Below, piece by piece: positions 44,369 to 54,558 of a stretch of DNA of 64,000 nt. A program made the translations under genes and the position numbers. The DNA is from an uncultured Acidobacteriota bacterium (lineage in GTDB: Bacteria > Acidobacteriota > UBA6911), in NCBI GenBank assembly GCA_964441405.1, contig CAYTYP010000022.1, positions 3,569 to 67,568 of the forward strand, given 5' to 3'. The notes under the pieces are model-generated. The model did not search any database, was not told the origin of the DNA, and saw only the letters and a list, made by a program, of their open reading frames with translations. Position 1 is the first letter of the stretch. The number at the start of each line of letters is the position of its first letter.

Positions 44369-47119
44369 ATGAAAGTCTGGTGCGCAATTTTATTTTTAGC
44401 TATCCTTTCAATGGGCGCAACTTCAAATCAAGACATAGCCGAGATGAGCAGGCGTTTTGCCAATCCACCCGATGATTGCCGAATCATGATGCGCTGGTGG
44501 TGGTTCGGCCCGGCCGTAACCAAGCCCGAGCTGGAACGCGAGATGAAGCTCATGAAAGAAGGCGGAATCGGCGGCTTTGAAGTGCAGCCCGTTTACCCTG
44601 TCGCGCTCGATGACTCAACCACCGGGATCAAAAATTTCCCATTTCTCTCCGACGAATATCTCGAAGCTCTTCGCTTTACCTCCGATAAAGCCCGCGAACT
44701 CGGGCTGCGCATGGATTTGACGCTCGGCAGCGGCTGGCCATTTGGCGGCGCCCAGGTTCCTGTCCGCGACGCAGCAGGCAAGCTTCGCATCGTTAGAACC
44801 CGGATTCCTGAAGGGACGCACCGCTTGCCGATGCCCAGCACTGGCGCCGGCGAGAAGTTTATCGCCGCTTTTCTCTGTCCTGCTCAAGTTCAACCTGTGT
44901 CCCGAGAAGAAATCCGTGAGCTCACCGAAATCCAAGATGGCGCGGTGGCGATCCCGACAATTCAGGGAGCGCATGAAGCGCTCTTCTTCATTGCCAGCCG
45001 CAGCGGCATGATGGTAAAACGTCCCGCATTCGGCGCGGAAGGCTTCGTCCTCAACCATTACGATCGCATCGCAGTGGAAGGATATCTGAAAAATGTCGGC
45101 GATCGTCTTCTCCAAGCTCTGCGCCTGCATCCTCCTTATGCTGTTTTTTGCGACAGCCTTGAAGTCTATGAAAGCGATTGGACCGGCGACTTCCTGGAAG
45201 AATTCCAGAAGAGGCGAGGATATGATCTGAAGCCATACCTTCCGGCTTTGGCGCTCAACCTCGGCCCTCAAACTGCGGCCGTCCGTTCGGACTGGGGCAA
45301 GACGCTGACAGAGCTTTTCAATGATCGTTTCATGGTTCCCATGCATCAATGGTCGCAAAAAAACAAAACCCTTTTCCGGGTTCAGGGATACGGAATTCCT
45401 CCGGCGACCATCGCGAGCAACGCCCATGCCGATCTTTCGGAAGGAGAAGGGGTACAATGGAAACAACTATCCGCAACACGCTGGGCCTCTTCGGCCAATC
45501 ATCTGTTCGGACGCGCCGTCACGTCTTCGGAAACGTGGACCTGGCTGCATTCGCCCACATTCCGTGCGACTCCTCTGGATATGAAGGCTGAGGCGAACCT
45601 CCATTTTCTCCAGGGCGTGAATCAGCTGATCGGTCACGGCTGGCCTTACAGCGCAGAGAACGCCGAATACCCCGGGTGGCGGTTTTATGCTGCCGGCGTA
45701 TTTAATGAAAAGAATCCCTGGTGGATTGCCATGCCCGATGTGGCGCGTTACATGCAACGCGCCGGCTATATGCTCAGGCAAGGAAAGCCTGTGAACGACA
45801 TTGCTGTTTATTTGCCGGTCTCCGACGCGTATGCGGGATTTACGCCCGGCAACGCCAACCTGATCGAAAGCCTTCGCAACCGGATGGGACCGGATGTAAT
45901 TGCAGCCATACTCGACGCCGGATTCAACTTCGATTTCTTCGACGATGATACTTTGAAGAAGATCGGTAAAGTGGAGAACGGCGCGCTGACGCTGGGCTCC
46001 AACCGCTATCGTGCTGTCGTGCTTCCGAATGTAGAATGCATCCCGCCAGAAACGTATCGCATGCTGGCCGAGTTTGCACGATCCAATGGAATATTGATCG
46101 CTTCCAAGCGGCAACCGGCGACGGCGCCGGGAATGAAAGTTCTCCCTGCCGAGAATGAAGAAATTCGAAATATCAGCCGGAGCCTCTTCGCTTCCTCCAG
46201 GGACCGCTCGTTCTTCGTCGAAGACGACAAGACCCGGCTGGCGGCTGTCCTTCGCTCTATTGTTGGACCCGATATCCAATTCATATCCAAAGCGCCCGAA
46301 ATCGGATTTGTACACCGAAGAACCGCTGGCGCCGAAATTTATTTCCTGGCCAATACTTCCAATGTGCGTCAGGTTCATGAAGCTGCTATCCGCAGCGGCG
46401 GCACGAAGGCCGAATGGTGGGATCCTGTATCCGGTCGCATAACGCCCGCCTCGACCTATGCTAATACCAAAGCCAGCATAGTCGTAGCGCTGGACCTTGA
46501 GCCGTATGACAGCAGGTTCCTGGTGGTTTACGACAAGATCGCCGATCAAACGCCTGCGGCAATCAAACCTGCGGAATCGGCATCGTTGGATATCAGTAAT
46601 AATTGGCGCATCACTTTTGGAAAAACCGGGACATCAAAAACTATGGAGTCTTTAAGCTCCTGGGTTGAGGACGAAGCCACGCGTTATTTTTCCGGCGTTG
46701 CAGTCTATGAGAAGAATGTCGTCGTTCCGGAGAGCATGCTGCAACCCGGCCTTGCCGTACGGCTTGATCTAGGCGAAGGGCGCGCTTTGACGGAATCTCG
46801 AAGGACCAACGGCATGCAAGCCTGGCTTGAAGGACCGGTGCGGGAAGCGGCCGAAGTCTATGTGAACGATCGGCGCGCCGGATCGATTTGGTGTCCACCG
46901 TATACGGTCGAGATAACGGGATTGCTGAAGCCCGGGGCCAATAAAATCAGGATTCAGGCGGCCAATACCGCAATCAATCATATGGCCGGCAGATCTTCGC
47001 CTGATTATCGCTTGCTGAATCAGCTTTACGGCAAGCGTTTTGACCCGCAGGACATGAATAATCTTCAGCCGATCCCTTCAGGTCTCCTCGGCCCAATACG
47101 CCTGATTGCGGTGAAATGA
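44369..47119 (+). CDS. glycoside hydrolase family 106 (alpha-L-rhamnosidase-like), secreted
   Basis: RWWWFG, MKEGGIGGFEV, LTLGSGWPFGG, FCDSLE, SSETWTWL, DMKAEAN..FLQGVN.L.GHG motifs and a C-terminal PSGLLGP. Confidence 0.9.
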   Translation: MKVWCAILFLAILSMGATSNQDIAEMSRRFANPPDDCRIMMRWWWFGPAVTKPELEREMKLMKEGGIGGFEVQPVYPVALDDSTTGIKNFPFLSDEYLEALRFTSDKARELGLRMDLTLGSGWPFGGAQVPVRDAAGKLRIVRTRIPEGTHRLPMPSTGAGEKFIAAFLCPAQVQPVSREEIRELTEIQDGAVAIPTIQGAHEALFFIASRSGMMVKRPAFGAEGFVLNHYDRIAVEGYLKNVGDRLLQALRLHPPYAVFCDSLEVYESDWTGDFLEEFQKRRGYDLKPYLPALALNLGPQTAAVRSDWGKTLTELFNDRFMVPMHQWSQKNKTLFRVQGYGIPPATIASNAHADLSEGEGVQWKQLSATRWASSANHLFGRAVTSSETWTWLHSPTFRATPLDMKAEANLHFLQGVNQLIGHGWPYSAENAEYPGWRFYAAGVFNEKNPWWIAMPDVARYMQRAGYMLRQGKPVNDIAVYLPVSDAYAGFTPGNANLIESLRNRMGPDVIAAILDAGFNFDFFDDDTLKKIGKVENGALTLGSNRYRAVVLPNVECIPPETYRMLAEFARSNGILIASKRQPATAPGMKVLPAENEEIRNISRSLFASSRDRSFFVEDDKTRLAAVLRSIVGPDIQFISKAPEIGFVHRRTAGAEIYFLANTSNVRQVHEAAIRSGGTKAEWWDPVSGRITPASTYANTKASIVVALDLEPYDSRFLVVYDKIADQTPAAIKPAESASLDISNNWRITFGKTGTSKTMESLSSWVEDEATRYFSGVAVYEKNVVVPESMLQPGLAVRLDLGEGRALTESRRTNGMQAWLEGPVREAAEVYVNDRRAGSIWCPPYTVEITGLLKPGANKIRIQAANTAINHMAGRSSPDYRLLNQLYGKRFDPQDMNNLQPIPSGLLGPIRLIAVK

Positions 47120-47125
47120 TAGGTT

Positions 47126-47176
47126 TTAACCGCGGATTTTCACGGATTCATCTGTGTGGATTCGTAAAAATCCGCG
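47126..47176. repeat. nonamer/IR element (TAACCGCGGATTTT...AAAATCCGCG) between convergent genes
   Basis: 10-bp IR at 47131-47140 / 47167-47176 with internal CGGATT units. Confidence 0.7.
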
Positions 47177-47178
47177 CT

Positions 47179-48555
47179 TTACTCAGGAAAGCGGTCAAAG
47201 GTGCGATCGATTTTCTTGCCGCGAAGGTGCTTGTCAAAAAAATCCATAATCGCGGTCCAATCTTCCGGAGTGAACGCGTGCCCATGCTTGGCATAATTCA
47301 CGCCCAGCCGGTCCTTCCCATCCAATAGAGCATAGGCGGGTTGAGCGCCGATAAAGGATTGCCGGACCGCTTCCGGAAGAGAAATAGTGTCCGTCTCGCC
47401 TTCCAGCGCAATGAAAGGCCGGGGCGCCGCAAGCGCAAGAAACCAGTGTTGATCGAAAGGCAGCTTATCTACCTGGCCCCAGAATTCATGCAGGTTTGGT
47501 GAAAACCAATTAGGGTATTTCTTCTGCATGATATCGAGTGTTTCACTTTTACGCGGGCCGGTGAAGCGATAGGCCCCGATGCCGCCTCCTCCGGTAACCA
47601 CAGGCGCGCCCATCAGGCGCTCGTCAAACGCCGCCGCGACCATAGCGGACTTGCCGTTGCGCGATGCGCCGGTGATGATGAGCTTGGTTTTATCGATAGC
47701 CGGATCCTTCTCCAGAAAATCGGCCACCCGGGAAGCGCCCCAAGCCCAGCCGGCGAGTATGCCCCAATCATAGCCGGGGTATGCAGGATAAAACCGGGTA
47801 TTGCGGAAAGCCCAACTGCCGTCAAGATTGCGCAGCGTCGTGTCCTCGGCGCAGTCGTTGGGATTGAATACTGCCAGCCCATAACCGCGGCGGAACACAT
47901 CCGCGTTCTGGGCCGCCATTGATTGCGCGGTCACCGCTCCGCCAAAAAACCCGGGAACGGCTTTGCCGGCAGGAGCCGAAGTTTTTGCCTCTGTTCCAGG
48001 CGCAGGACCAACGAGGAGCAGGACGTCCTGGCCACGTCCCTGGTTCGGTCCTTGCGGCAGAGTCGGCAATGGATCCGCTCCGGGAGGAGTCCCGCTCTGC
48101 AGAATGATAGTGGGGAACGGGCCCCCTTCGACAGGCGTGAAAACGCCTATATTCAGACTTAGCTTTTCCGCAGGCCCAAAGGTCAAACGCACCAGACGGT
48201 ATTGGACTTTGCCATCAAGCACAATTTCCGATTTGATCTCTTTTCCTTTCACGTTGCCGGGCGGCGGAGGCATCTGTCCGACGGCATAATATTCCAGGAT
48301 CTTTTTTATTTCTTCCCGGCGCTTCTGCCATTGTTTGCGGGTTTCAACCTTCTTCCCGTCGTTCATCGTCATTACATCCGGCATTTGTTTGCGAACGGGC
48401 AACTCGCGGACTCCGGGCAAAATCCCCATCGCGGTCTTTATTCGCGGGATCGGGATCTCCTTCGGGTCCGGTCCAACAACGGCGCCCGGGTCCTGCGCTT
48501 GAGCTAGACATGCGGTGGCGGCCGCCAGTATACAAAGCTTTTTTAAGTATTTCAT
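47179..48555 (-). CDS. carbohydrate esterase family 15 (glucuronoyl esterase-like), secreted
   Basis: WGILAGWAWGASR..DFL, nucleophile motif GASRNGK, DQHWFLALAAPRP and a C-terminal HGH. Confidence 0.85.
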   Translation of the reverse strand: MKYLKKLCILAAATACLAQAQDPGAVVGPDPKEIPIPRIKTAMGILPGVRELPVRKQMPDVMTMNDGKKVETRKQWQKRREEIKKILEYYAVGQMPPPPGNVKGKEIKSEIVLDGKVQYRLVRLTFGPAEKLSLNIGVFTPVEGGPFPTIILQSGTPPGADPLPTLPQGPNQGRGQDVLLLVGPAPGTEAKTSAPAGKAVPGFFGGAVTAQSMAAQNADVFRRGYGLAVFNPNDCAEDTTLRNLDGSWAFRNTRFYPAYPGYDWGILAGWAWGASRVADFLEKDPAIDKTKLIITGASRNGKSAMVAAAFDERLMGAPVVTGGGGIGAYRFTGPRKSETLDIMQKKYPNWFSPNLHEFWGQVDKLPFDQHWFLALAAPRPFIALEGETDTISLPEAVRQSFIGAQPAYALLDGKDRLGVNYAKHGHAFTPEDWTAIMDFFDKHLRGKKIDRTFDRFPE

Positions 48556-48637
48556 ATTGGGGTTTTCCTATTTGAACAGATTCAAGCAGTACTATAATTC
48601 AGGACGACGTCAGTTGAGCAAATTATTGGAGGAATAA

Positions 48638-49393
48638 ATGACCCGGTCCATGAAACAACTACTCGCAGTCGCCCTCCTGTTTATTTGCAACCTGGTATTC
48701 CCGCAACAGAACCGTCCTATTCATATTTTTATGATCGGCGACTCCACCATGGCCAATAAAAAGCCGGAAACAGAGCCGGAACGGGGATGGGGACAAATGC
48801 TGCAGTCTTTTTTCAACGATACGGTGAACGTCTCCAATCATGCCGTGAATGGAAGAAGTTCGAAGAGCTTCATCGATGAAGGGCGTTGGCAGGTTGTCCT
48901 GGACAGCCTGCAATCCGGCGATTATGTCATCATCCAATTCGGGCATAATGACCAGAAACCGGATCTGCCGCGGCATACCGATCCCTATACGACGTATAAG
49001 AACAACCTCGAAAAATTTGTTCAGGATACACGCGCGAAGGGCGCCTCTCCGATTTTATGCACGTCCATTATTCGTCGCAAATTTGATGAAAAAGGAGATC
49101 TTATCCAAACGCTTGGGGAATACCCTGAAGCGGTGCGCCAAGCAGCAAAGGAACTGAAAGTTCCTTTGCTGGATCTTGAACTCAGGACAAAAAAACTGAT
49201 ATCGGAACTCGGTCCTGAAAAATCCACATCTCTCTTTCTACATGTGACTCCCGGTGCATACCCGAACCGTCCAAACGGATCGCAGGACGACACACATTTG
49301 AATGTCGAAGGCGCTACTACCGTAGCTCGTATGGCAATTAAAGAAATCCAGGATTTTAAATTGCCTTTATTAAAACACCTGAAAAGCAATTAA
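48638..49393 (+). CDS. rhamnogalacturonan acetylesterase (CE12, SGNH)
   Basis: IGDST, GWGQ, NHAVNGRSSKSF, QFGHND and DDTH motifs. Confidence 0.92.
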   Translation: MTRSMKQLLAVALLFICNLVFPQQNRPIHIFMIGDSTMANKKPETEPERGWGQMLQSFFNDTVNVSNHAVNGRSSKSFIDEGRWQVVLDSLQSGDYVIIQFGHNDQKPDLPRHTDPYTTYKNNLEKFVQDTRAKGASPILCTSIIRRKFDEKGDLIQTLGEYPEAVRQAAKELKVPLLDLELRTKKLISELGPEKSTSLFLHVTPGAYPNRPNGSQDDTHLNVEGATTVARMAIKEIQDFKLPLLKHLKSN

Positions 49394-49445
49394 CCGCAGA
49401 TCCACACGGATGCACGCAGATCGCAGAATCCGTATGCGCGGTTAA
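49390..49445. repeat. CGCAGAT nonamer element bounded by TTAACCGC / GCGGTTAA
   Basis: The terminal IR includes the TAA stops of both convergent genes. Confidence 0.75.
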
Positions 49446-50692
49446 TTTTTCAGGCCGGAACCGGTGGTGTCCGTAGTGGACACCACCGGGCCGGTGAAAC
49501 CGGTCACATTAATACCGCGCAGAACCGCGTTTCGGATGTTCACCAACGTGATCCCTTTTTGACAATTTCCCGTGATGTTCAGCAGGGACAAGCCTGCAAT
49601 CGGTTTCTCGGCCGCTACCTTAATGACTTCGGCTAGAGTCGTAACGTCCTTGATCCGAATATTGGAAAAAAAGACATTTCGGAGAAGAGGGAATCCAAGG
49701 TCGCCCTCCACTGTGTCATCAGGAGTGCTCTGATTGCCGCCGCTCTTCGTGTTGATACACAAGAATCCGCCATTAGCGACATCGAGATCTTCTCCGGTAA
49801 TGTTCTCGATAACGCCCGCTCGTCCTGTGCGGGTTTTTATATAGATGGCATACGTGCGGCTGTGCGTGAATTTTGTCTTCTCGATCCGCACATTCCGGAT
49901 GCCTCCGGAAGTTTCACTGCCGATGCCGATACAGGCAAAATACCCGCCGCCCAGAACGCAGCGCGTGATCAACACATCCTCCGTTGGCTTGCCGACGCGG
50001 GCGCCATTCATGCCTCTGCCGGATTTGAGACTGATGGCGTCATCCCCGGTATCGATATCGCAACCTTCAATCCGAACATTCTTGCAGGAATCCACGTCAA
50101 TGCCATCGCGCGTATTGCGAATGTTCAGATTCCTGATCACGACGTTGGCGCAGTAGGTGGGGTGAGTCGCCCATGTGCCGTCGTGCGTAACGGAGAAACC
50201 TTCCCATCGAACATCCGTGCATGAAATAGGTTCAAGAACCGGCGCGCCACGGATGCCCTTTCCGAAGGCAACGGCGCGATTGCCCTGAATGAGGCCGGGA
50301 CCTACAATCCCTGTATGATCGACATTCCCGGCATAGATAAGCGCTCGATGACCTTGCTGCCAGCGGCCTTCCCAGCGAATATCCATAACCGGATAATCAT
50401 CCAGATCGGGACTGCCCTTTAAAACACTGTCTTTTTCGAGCCGCAGGATTGTGCGGTTGCCTATCTGGATGCTGCCAATGAGATATTTGCCGGCGGGGAC
50501 TAAAACTTCACCGCCTCCGGAGACCGCACAAGTATCCAGGGCCTTCTGAAATGCGGCAGTGTCCTTTGTCGCCCCATCGCCGGTTGCGCCGAAGTTACGC
50601 ACATTGAATGTAAGTTTTGTCGGTATTGCACCGTTTGCGAACAATCCGAACGAAAGAAGCAAAGCCAAACGCAACAATTTCATTATTTTCAT
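49442..50692 (-). CDS. glycoside hydrolase family 28 (polygalacturonase-like), secreted
   Basis: FGATGDG..KDTAAFQKALD, RDGIDVDSC, TGDDAISLKSG, IGIGSE and YIKT motifs. Confidence 0.9.
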   Translation of the reverse strand: MKIMKLLRLALLLSFGLFANGAIPTKLTFNVRNFGATGDGATKDTAAFQKALDTCAVSGGGEVLVPAGKYLIGSIQIGNRTILRLEKDSVLKGSPDLDDYPVMDIRWEGRWQQGHRALIYAGNVDHTGIVGPGLIQGNRAVAFGKGIRGAPVLEPISCTDVRWEGFSVTHDGTWATHPTYCANVVIRNLNIRNTRDGIDVDSCKNVRIEGCDIDTGDDAISLKSGRGMNGARVGKPTEDVLITRCVLGGGYFACIGIGSETSGGIRNVRIEKTKFTHSRTYAIYIKTRTGRAGVIENITGEDLDVANGGFLCINTKSGGNQSTPDDTVEGDLGFPLLRNVFFSNIRIKDVTTLAEVIKVAAEKPIAGLSLLNITGNCQKGITLVNIRNAVLRGINVTGFTGPVVSTTDTTGSGLKN

Positions 50693-50713
50693 ACGATCAT
50701 GCGATATCCATCA

Positions 50714-51622
50714 TTATTTTTGTGGTCCGATCCCAAATCCCATTTCCTTAAGCCAGCGAGCGCATTCCGAAGTCCATGGATGGCGGCTGTCCGGATCCCA
50801 TTGAGAGCTTCCTAAGCCCATGCCATGTCCTCCTTTGGTATAAATGTGAAGCGCAAAAGGGACTTTATGGCTCCGGAGCGCGGCGGCGAAATTCAATGCA
50901 TTTTCAACCTTCACAGCGGTATCTTCATAAGTGTGCAGGATAAAAACGGGAGGCGTATCGGCGGTCACCTGTTTTTCATTTGAAAGCAGCTCGACCAAAC
51001 TGGGATCGGGATTGTCTCCGAGAAGGTAGCGCTTCGAACCGAGGTGCGTATCGGGCCCCATCGTGATGACGGCATAGCAAAGAATTCCGAGATTGGGCCT
51101 CGAGCTGACGCGATCCATCGGATCAGCGGCGTCCGGATTTCCTGAATCAAAATGGGTGAGCGCAGTGGCGGCCAGGTGCCCGCCGGCGGAGGATCCCATA
51201 ACCCCGATACGGTTGGGATCAAGATTCCACTTTTGCGCATTTGCGCGCACATACCGGATGGCGCGCTGTACGTCCTGCATCATTGCAGGATGTCGATAGT
51301 CATTGGAACCAAGGCGGTATTTCAGAACGAAGCCAGTAACGCCTTGTTCATTCAGCCATAGTGCGTAATGAAAACCTTCATGAGGAGCCAAAGCCGCATA
51401 ACCGCCGCCCGGGCAAATAATGACAGAAGCGCCCGTCGCCTTTCCCGCGGGAGCAAAATAGGGAGTCAATGTCGGAATGTCTTTTGCGTCTTTTCCCAAC
51501 GCCCCGGGAGCGTCACCGGTCCAAAGCGGGAACTCCATGCGCGGCAATTGAACGGGTTGGATCTGCGAAACTGCACTGCCGATAGCGGTCAAAAATACTA
51601 CCATCGAAATAAATTTCCCCAT
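50714..51622 (-). CDS. alpha/beta-hydrolase esterase (BD-FAE-like), secreted
   Basis: ICPGGGY, VLKYRL, GSSAGGHLA, D..V and GGHGMG motifs. Confidence 0.9.
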   Translation of the reverse strand: MGKFISMVVFLTAIGSAVSQIQPVQLPRMEFPLWTGDAPGALGKDAKDIPTLTPYFAPAGKATGASVIICPGGGYAALAPHEGFHYALWLNEQGVTGFVLKYRLGSNDYRHPAMMQDVQRAIRYVRANAQKWNLDPNRIGVMGSSAGGHLAATALTHFDSGNPDAADPMDRVSSRPNLGILCYAVITMGPDTHLGSKRYLLGDNPDPSLVELLSNEKQVTADTPPVFILHTYEDTAVKVENALNFAAALRSHKVPFALHIYTKGGHGMGLGSSQWDPDSRHPWTSECARWLKEMGFGIGPQK

Positions 51623-51752
51623 GTCGAGCCTCCCCATGCACATGCGGGCGAAACGCCTAATGGTGCAAAGTTGATGAGGATTTTATTCGCACTTGGATCA
51701 GGAAGCCAATACAATTAACATCCAAGATCGATGATTCTAAAGGAGCATTCCC

Positions 51753-52910
51753 ATGACGAAAGCTTTAAAATTTTTCGCTCTCATATCCTTCGCAGCTATT
51801 CCGGCGTTAAGCCCGGCTGCGACGGCTCGAATAACAATAAAAGCAGCCAACAAACTGCAAGTAGAACGAAAGAATCAGACCCTCGAGCTTTCTTTCAAGG
51901 ATCTTATGCCTCTTGGCGAAAAGGATCTGACCAAAATCCACGTTCAGAATGCGGCCGGCGAAGAAATTCTCTGCCAGGCTGTAGATGCGGATGGCGACTA
52001 CACTCCCGACCTGGTGATTTTCCAGGCTGACTTTTTACCCGGAGAGACGAAGGTTTTCACTGTATCGCCGGGCAATAAATGGATTTACTCCCAGGATCAA
52101 TTCAAAGCATACGGCCGCTTCGTGCGCGAGCGATTTGACGATTTCGCGTGGGAAAACGACCGGATCGCCCACCGGATGTACGGCAAAGCCCTGGAAACCT
52201 GGGTGCGCGAACCGCTTACCAGCAGTACGGTAGACATCTGGTCCAAACGCACGCCGCGGTTGGTCATTAACAATTGGTATATGACGGACAACTATCACGT
52301 CGACCATGGCGAGGGGGCGGATTTCTATTCCGCAGGCCTCAGCCGCGGATGCGGCGGCAACGGGCTATGGGCGGAAGACAAACTTTGGCTGTCCCGCAAT
52401 TTCGTCAATTCGCGCGTGCTGGCGAACGGTCCTATACGCGTGATGTTTGAACTGACTTATGAACCCTTCGAGGTGAAGGGCTCAAAAGTTTCGGAAGTAA
52501 AGCGGATCACTCTCGACGCCGGGCAGAATCTTGATCATTTTCAGAGCTTCTATAAATCCCAGAACGGTGAAACCCTGATATCCGCCATAGGGCTTAAAAA
52601 AAACGCAAGCGATCAAAAGGAGTTCAATGCGGAACATGGCTGGTTGGCCCAATGGCAAAAAGGGGAAAAGAATATGGGCAACCAGGGATTGGCAATCATT
52701 ATCGATCCCAAGATATTTGTTCGCGAGACGGAGGACCGCCTGGACCGGCTGGTGCTCACAAAAACAGATGTGAAGGGCGCCGTTTCGTACTGGGCAGGAT
52801 TTGTCTGGGATAAAACCGGCGTTGACTACAATTCATGGAAAACCTATGTGGATCATTTCGCGCAAGGTCTCCTTTCTCCCATTGAAATAACCGTGTCGGA
52901 AGGCCAATAG
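51753..52910 (+). CDS. DUF4861 family protein, secreted
   Basis: ERFDDFAWENDRIAHRMYG, DIWSK, YHVDHGEGADFY..G...GCGG and GPIRVMFELTY motifs. Confidence 0.85.
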   Translation: MTKALKFFALISFAAIPALSPAATARITIKAANKLQVERKNQTLELSFKDLMPLGEKDLTKIHVQNAAGEEILCQAVDADGDYTPDLVIFQADFLPGETKVFTVSPGNKWIYSQDQFKAYGRFVRERFDDFAWENDRIAHRMYGKALETWVREPLTSSTVDIWSKRTPRLVINNWYMTDNYHVDHGEGADFYSAGLSRGCGGNGLWAEDKLWLSRNFVNSRVLANGPIRVMFELTYEPFEVKGSKVSEVKRITLDAGQNLDHFQSFYKSQNGETLISAIGLKKNASDQKEFNAEHGWLAQWQKGEKNMGNQGLAIIIDPKIFVRETEDRLDRLVLTKTDVKGAVSYWAGFVWDKTGVDYNSWKTYVDHFAQGLLSPIEITVSEGQ

Positions 52911-52937
52911 CTGTTCTTAAGCGGGAGCCTGGCGACT

Positions 52938-53825
52938 ATGAAACCACATATCGGCCTGGTCTGTATCACCAGGGGAGATCAAATTCGGTACAGAACCGTC
53001 ACACGCACGCGATTTCGCGCCTTGGCGCCAGGCCCCCGGGAACGGTGGCTGCGCGAAATCTATCGCGATAATCTGGATACCTTGTTTCGTGCGTTGCTGT
53101 ATTGCAAGGAGCGCCGGATTCGTCTTTATCGCGTTACATCCGATCTGTTTCCCATGAACGATTATGCGTTGGGAAAAAAGCTTATATCCGAATGCGCATC
53201 CCGAATGCAGGATTTCGGAGTGCGCGCTCAACGGTTGGGCATCCGTGTTTTGGCTCACCCGGATCAATATGTCGTCATCAACTCAGAATCGGAAAAGGTT
53301 GTAGCGAACAGCATCAAAATCCTGGAACACCACGCCCATATCTTCGACTTGCTCGGCCTCCCGCGCTCCCCTTGGGCGCCCTTGATTCTGCATGGCGGCA
53401 AAGGAGGCCGTCCTGAGGCGCTGAAAGAGATAATCCCAAAACTCCCGGAAAATATACGCACTCGTCTTGCTTTGGAGAATGACGAACATTCCTATGGGGC
53501 TGAAGAAATTCTTGGGATCTGCCGTTCGACGGGCAATCCCATGGTTTTTGATTTGCACCATCACGCCGTCAAAGAAAGACTCCCCCATTACGAACATCCC
53601 GGCATTGCAGAAATACAGCGTGCCGCACGCGCCACCTGGCCGCGACCCGGCTGGCAGATCATTCACATTTCCAACGGACAGAGGGCCTTTCACGATTCAA
53701 GACATAGCGAAACAATTGAGAAAATGCCGCTCATTGCATTGAAAGCTCCCTGGATCGAAGTTGAGGCAAAAGGCAAGGAGATCGCTATCGAGCGCCTGCG
53801 CAAGCGATATCCTGACCTTCACTGA
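52938..53825 (+). CDS. uvsE: UV DNA damage endonuclease
   Basis: IGLVC, LYRVTSDLFP, HPDQY, LHGG, LALENDE, FDLHHH, HS and EVEAKGKE motifs. Confidence 0.92.
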   Translation: MKPHIGLVCITRGDQIRYRTVTRTRFRALAPGPRERWLREIYRDNLDTLFRALLYCKERRIRLYRVTSDLFPMNDYALGKKLISECASRMQDFGVRAQRLGIRVLAHPDQYVVINSESEKVVANSIKILEHHAHIFDLLGLPRSPWAPLILHGGKGGRPEALKEIIPKLPENIRTRLALENDEHSYGAEEILGICRSTGNPMVFDLHHHAVKERLPHYEHPGIAEIQRAARATWPRPGWQIIHISNGQRAFHDSRHSETIEKMPLIALKAPWIEVEAKGKEIAIERLRKRYPDLH

Positions 53826-53854
53826 AAAGGTTGCAAATGAAATCAGGAGATCGC

Positions 53855-54547
53855 ATGCAAAATATGGATCAGTATCTTAACGCTACGGAGATCATCGACT
53901 GCCATCATCCGGACATCCGGGCGTTTTCAAAGGAAAAAATCGGGACTTCCACAGATCCGGTGGAAAAGGCTGTGCGCCTGTACTATGCGGTGCGGGACGA
54001 AATCCGGTACGACCCCTACTCCCCTTTTTATTTGCCCGAGCACTATCGAGCCAGCGCTGTATTAAAATCCCGCAGAGGTTTTTGCATCCCCAAGGTCTCG
54101 CTTCTCTGCGCGGCGGGAAGGGCGAGCGGAATTCCTTCTCGCGCCGGTTTTGCCGATGTGCGGAATCACCTCGCAACCAGGCAGTTATTGGAATACTTTG
54201 GCTCGGATTTGTTCGTCTACCATGGATTCACCGAGTTTTTTCTTGAAGGAAAATGGATCAAATCGACTCCTGCATTCAATCGAGAGCTTTGCGAGCGTCA
54301 TGGCGTGGCCCCGCTCGAATTCAACGGCCGTGAGGACTCTGTCTTTCAGCCCTATAATTCCGCAAACCAGAGATTCATGGAGTATGTCGAGTTTCATGGC
54401 AGCTATCCGGACATTCCAGTCAACGAAATCGTCGGCAGCTTTAAAAAAACCTACGGGGAAGAGCGTGTGCAAGGCTGGATCGACAGCTTCGAAAAATTCG
54501 GTTTCATCCGGCGCGGTCGTTTTGACGATGAAGATGTTGTGAAATAA
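53855..54547 (+). CDS. transglutaminase-like domain protein
   Basis: YYAVRDEIRYDPY, GFCIPK..LL.A..RA.GIPSR..FADV.NH, FVYHG and W.K.TP motifs; RBS AGGAGA. Confidence 0.88.
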   Translation: MQNMDQYLNATEIIDCHHPDIRAFSKEKIGTSTDPVEKAVRLYYAVRDEIRYDPYSPFYLPEHYRASAVLKSRRGFCIPKVSLLCAAGRASGIPSRAGFADVRNHLATRQLLEYFGSDLFVYHGFTEFFLEGKWIKSTPAFNRELCERHGVAPLEFNGREDSVFQPYNSANQRFMEYVEFHGSYPDIPVNEIVGSFKKTYGEERVQGWIDSFEKFGFIRRGRFDDEDVVK

Positions 54548-54558
54548 ATGGTGGACAG

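Noticed and set aside
42192-46549. Long antisense ORFs (42192..43214, 44615..45466, 45467..46549)
   Set aside because: They lie fully opposite well-supported GH2/GH106 genes and lack motifs, as expected from codon-bias shadows.
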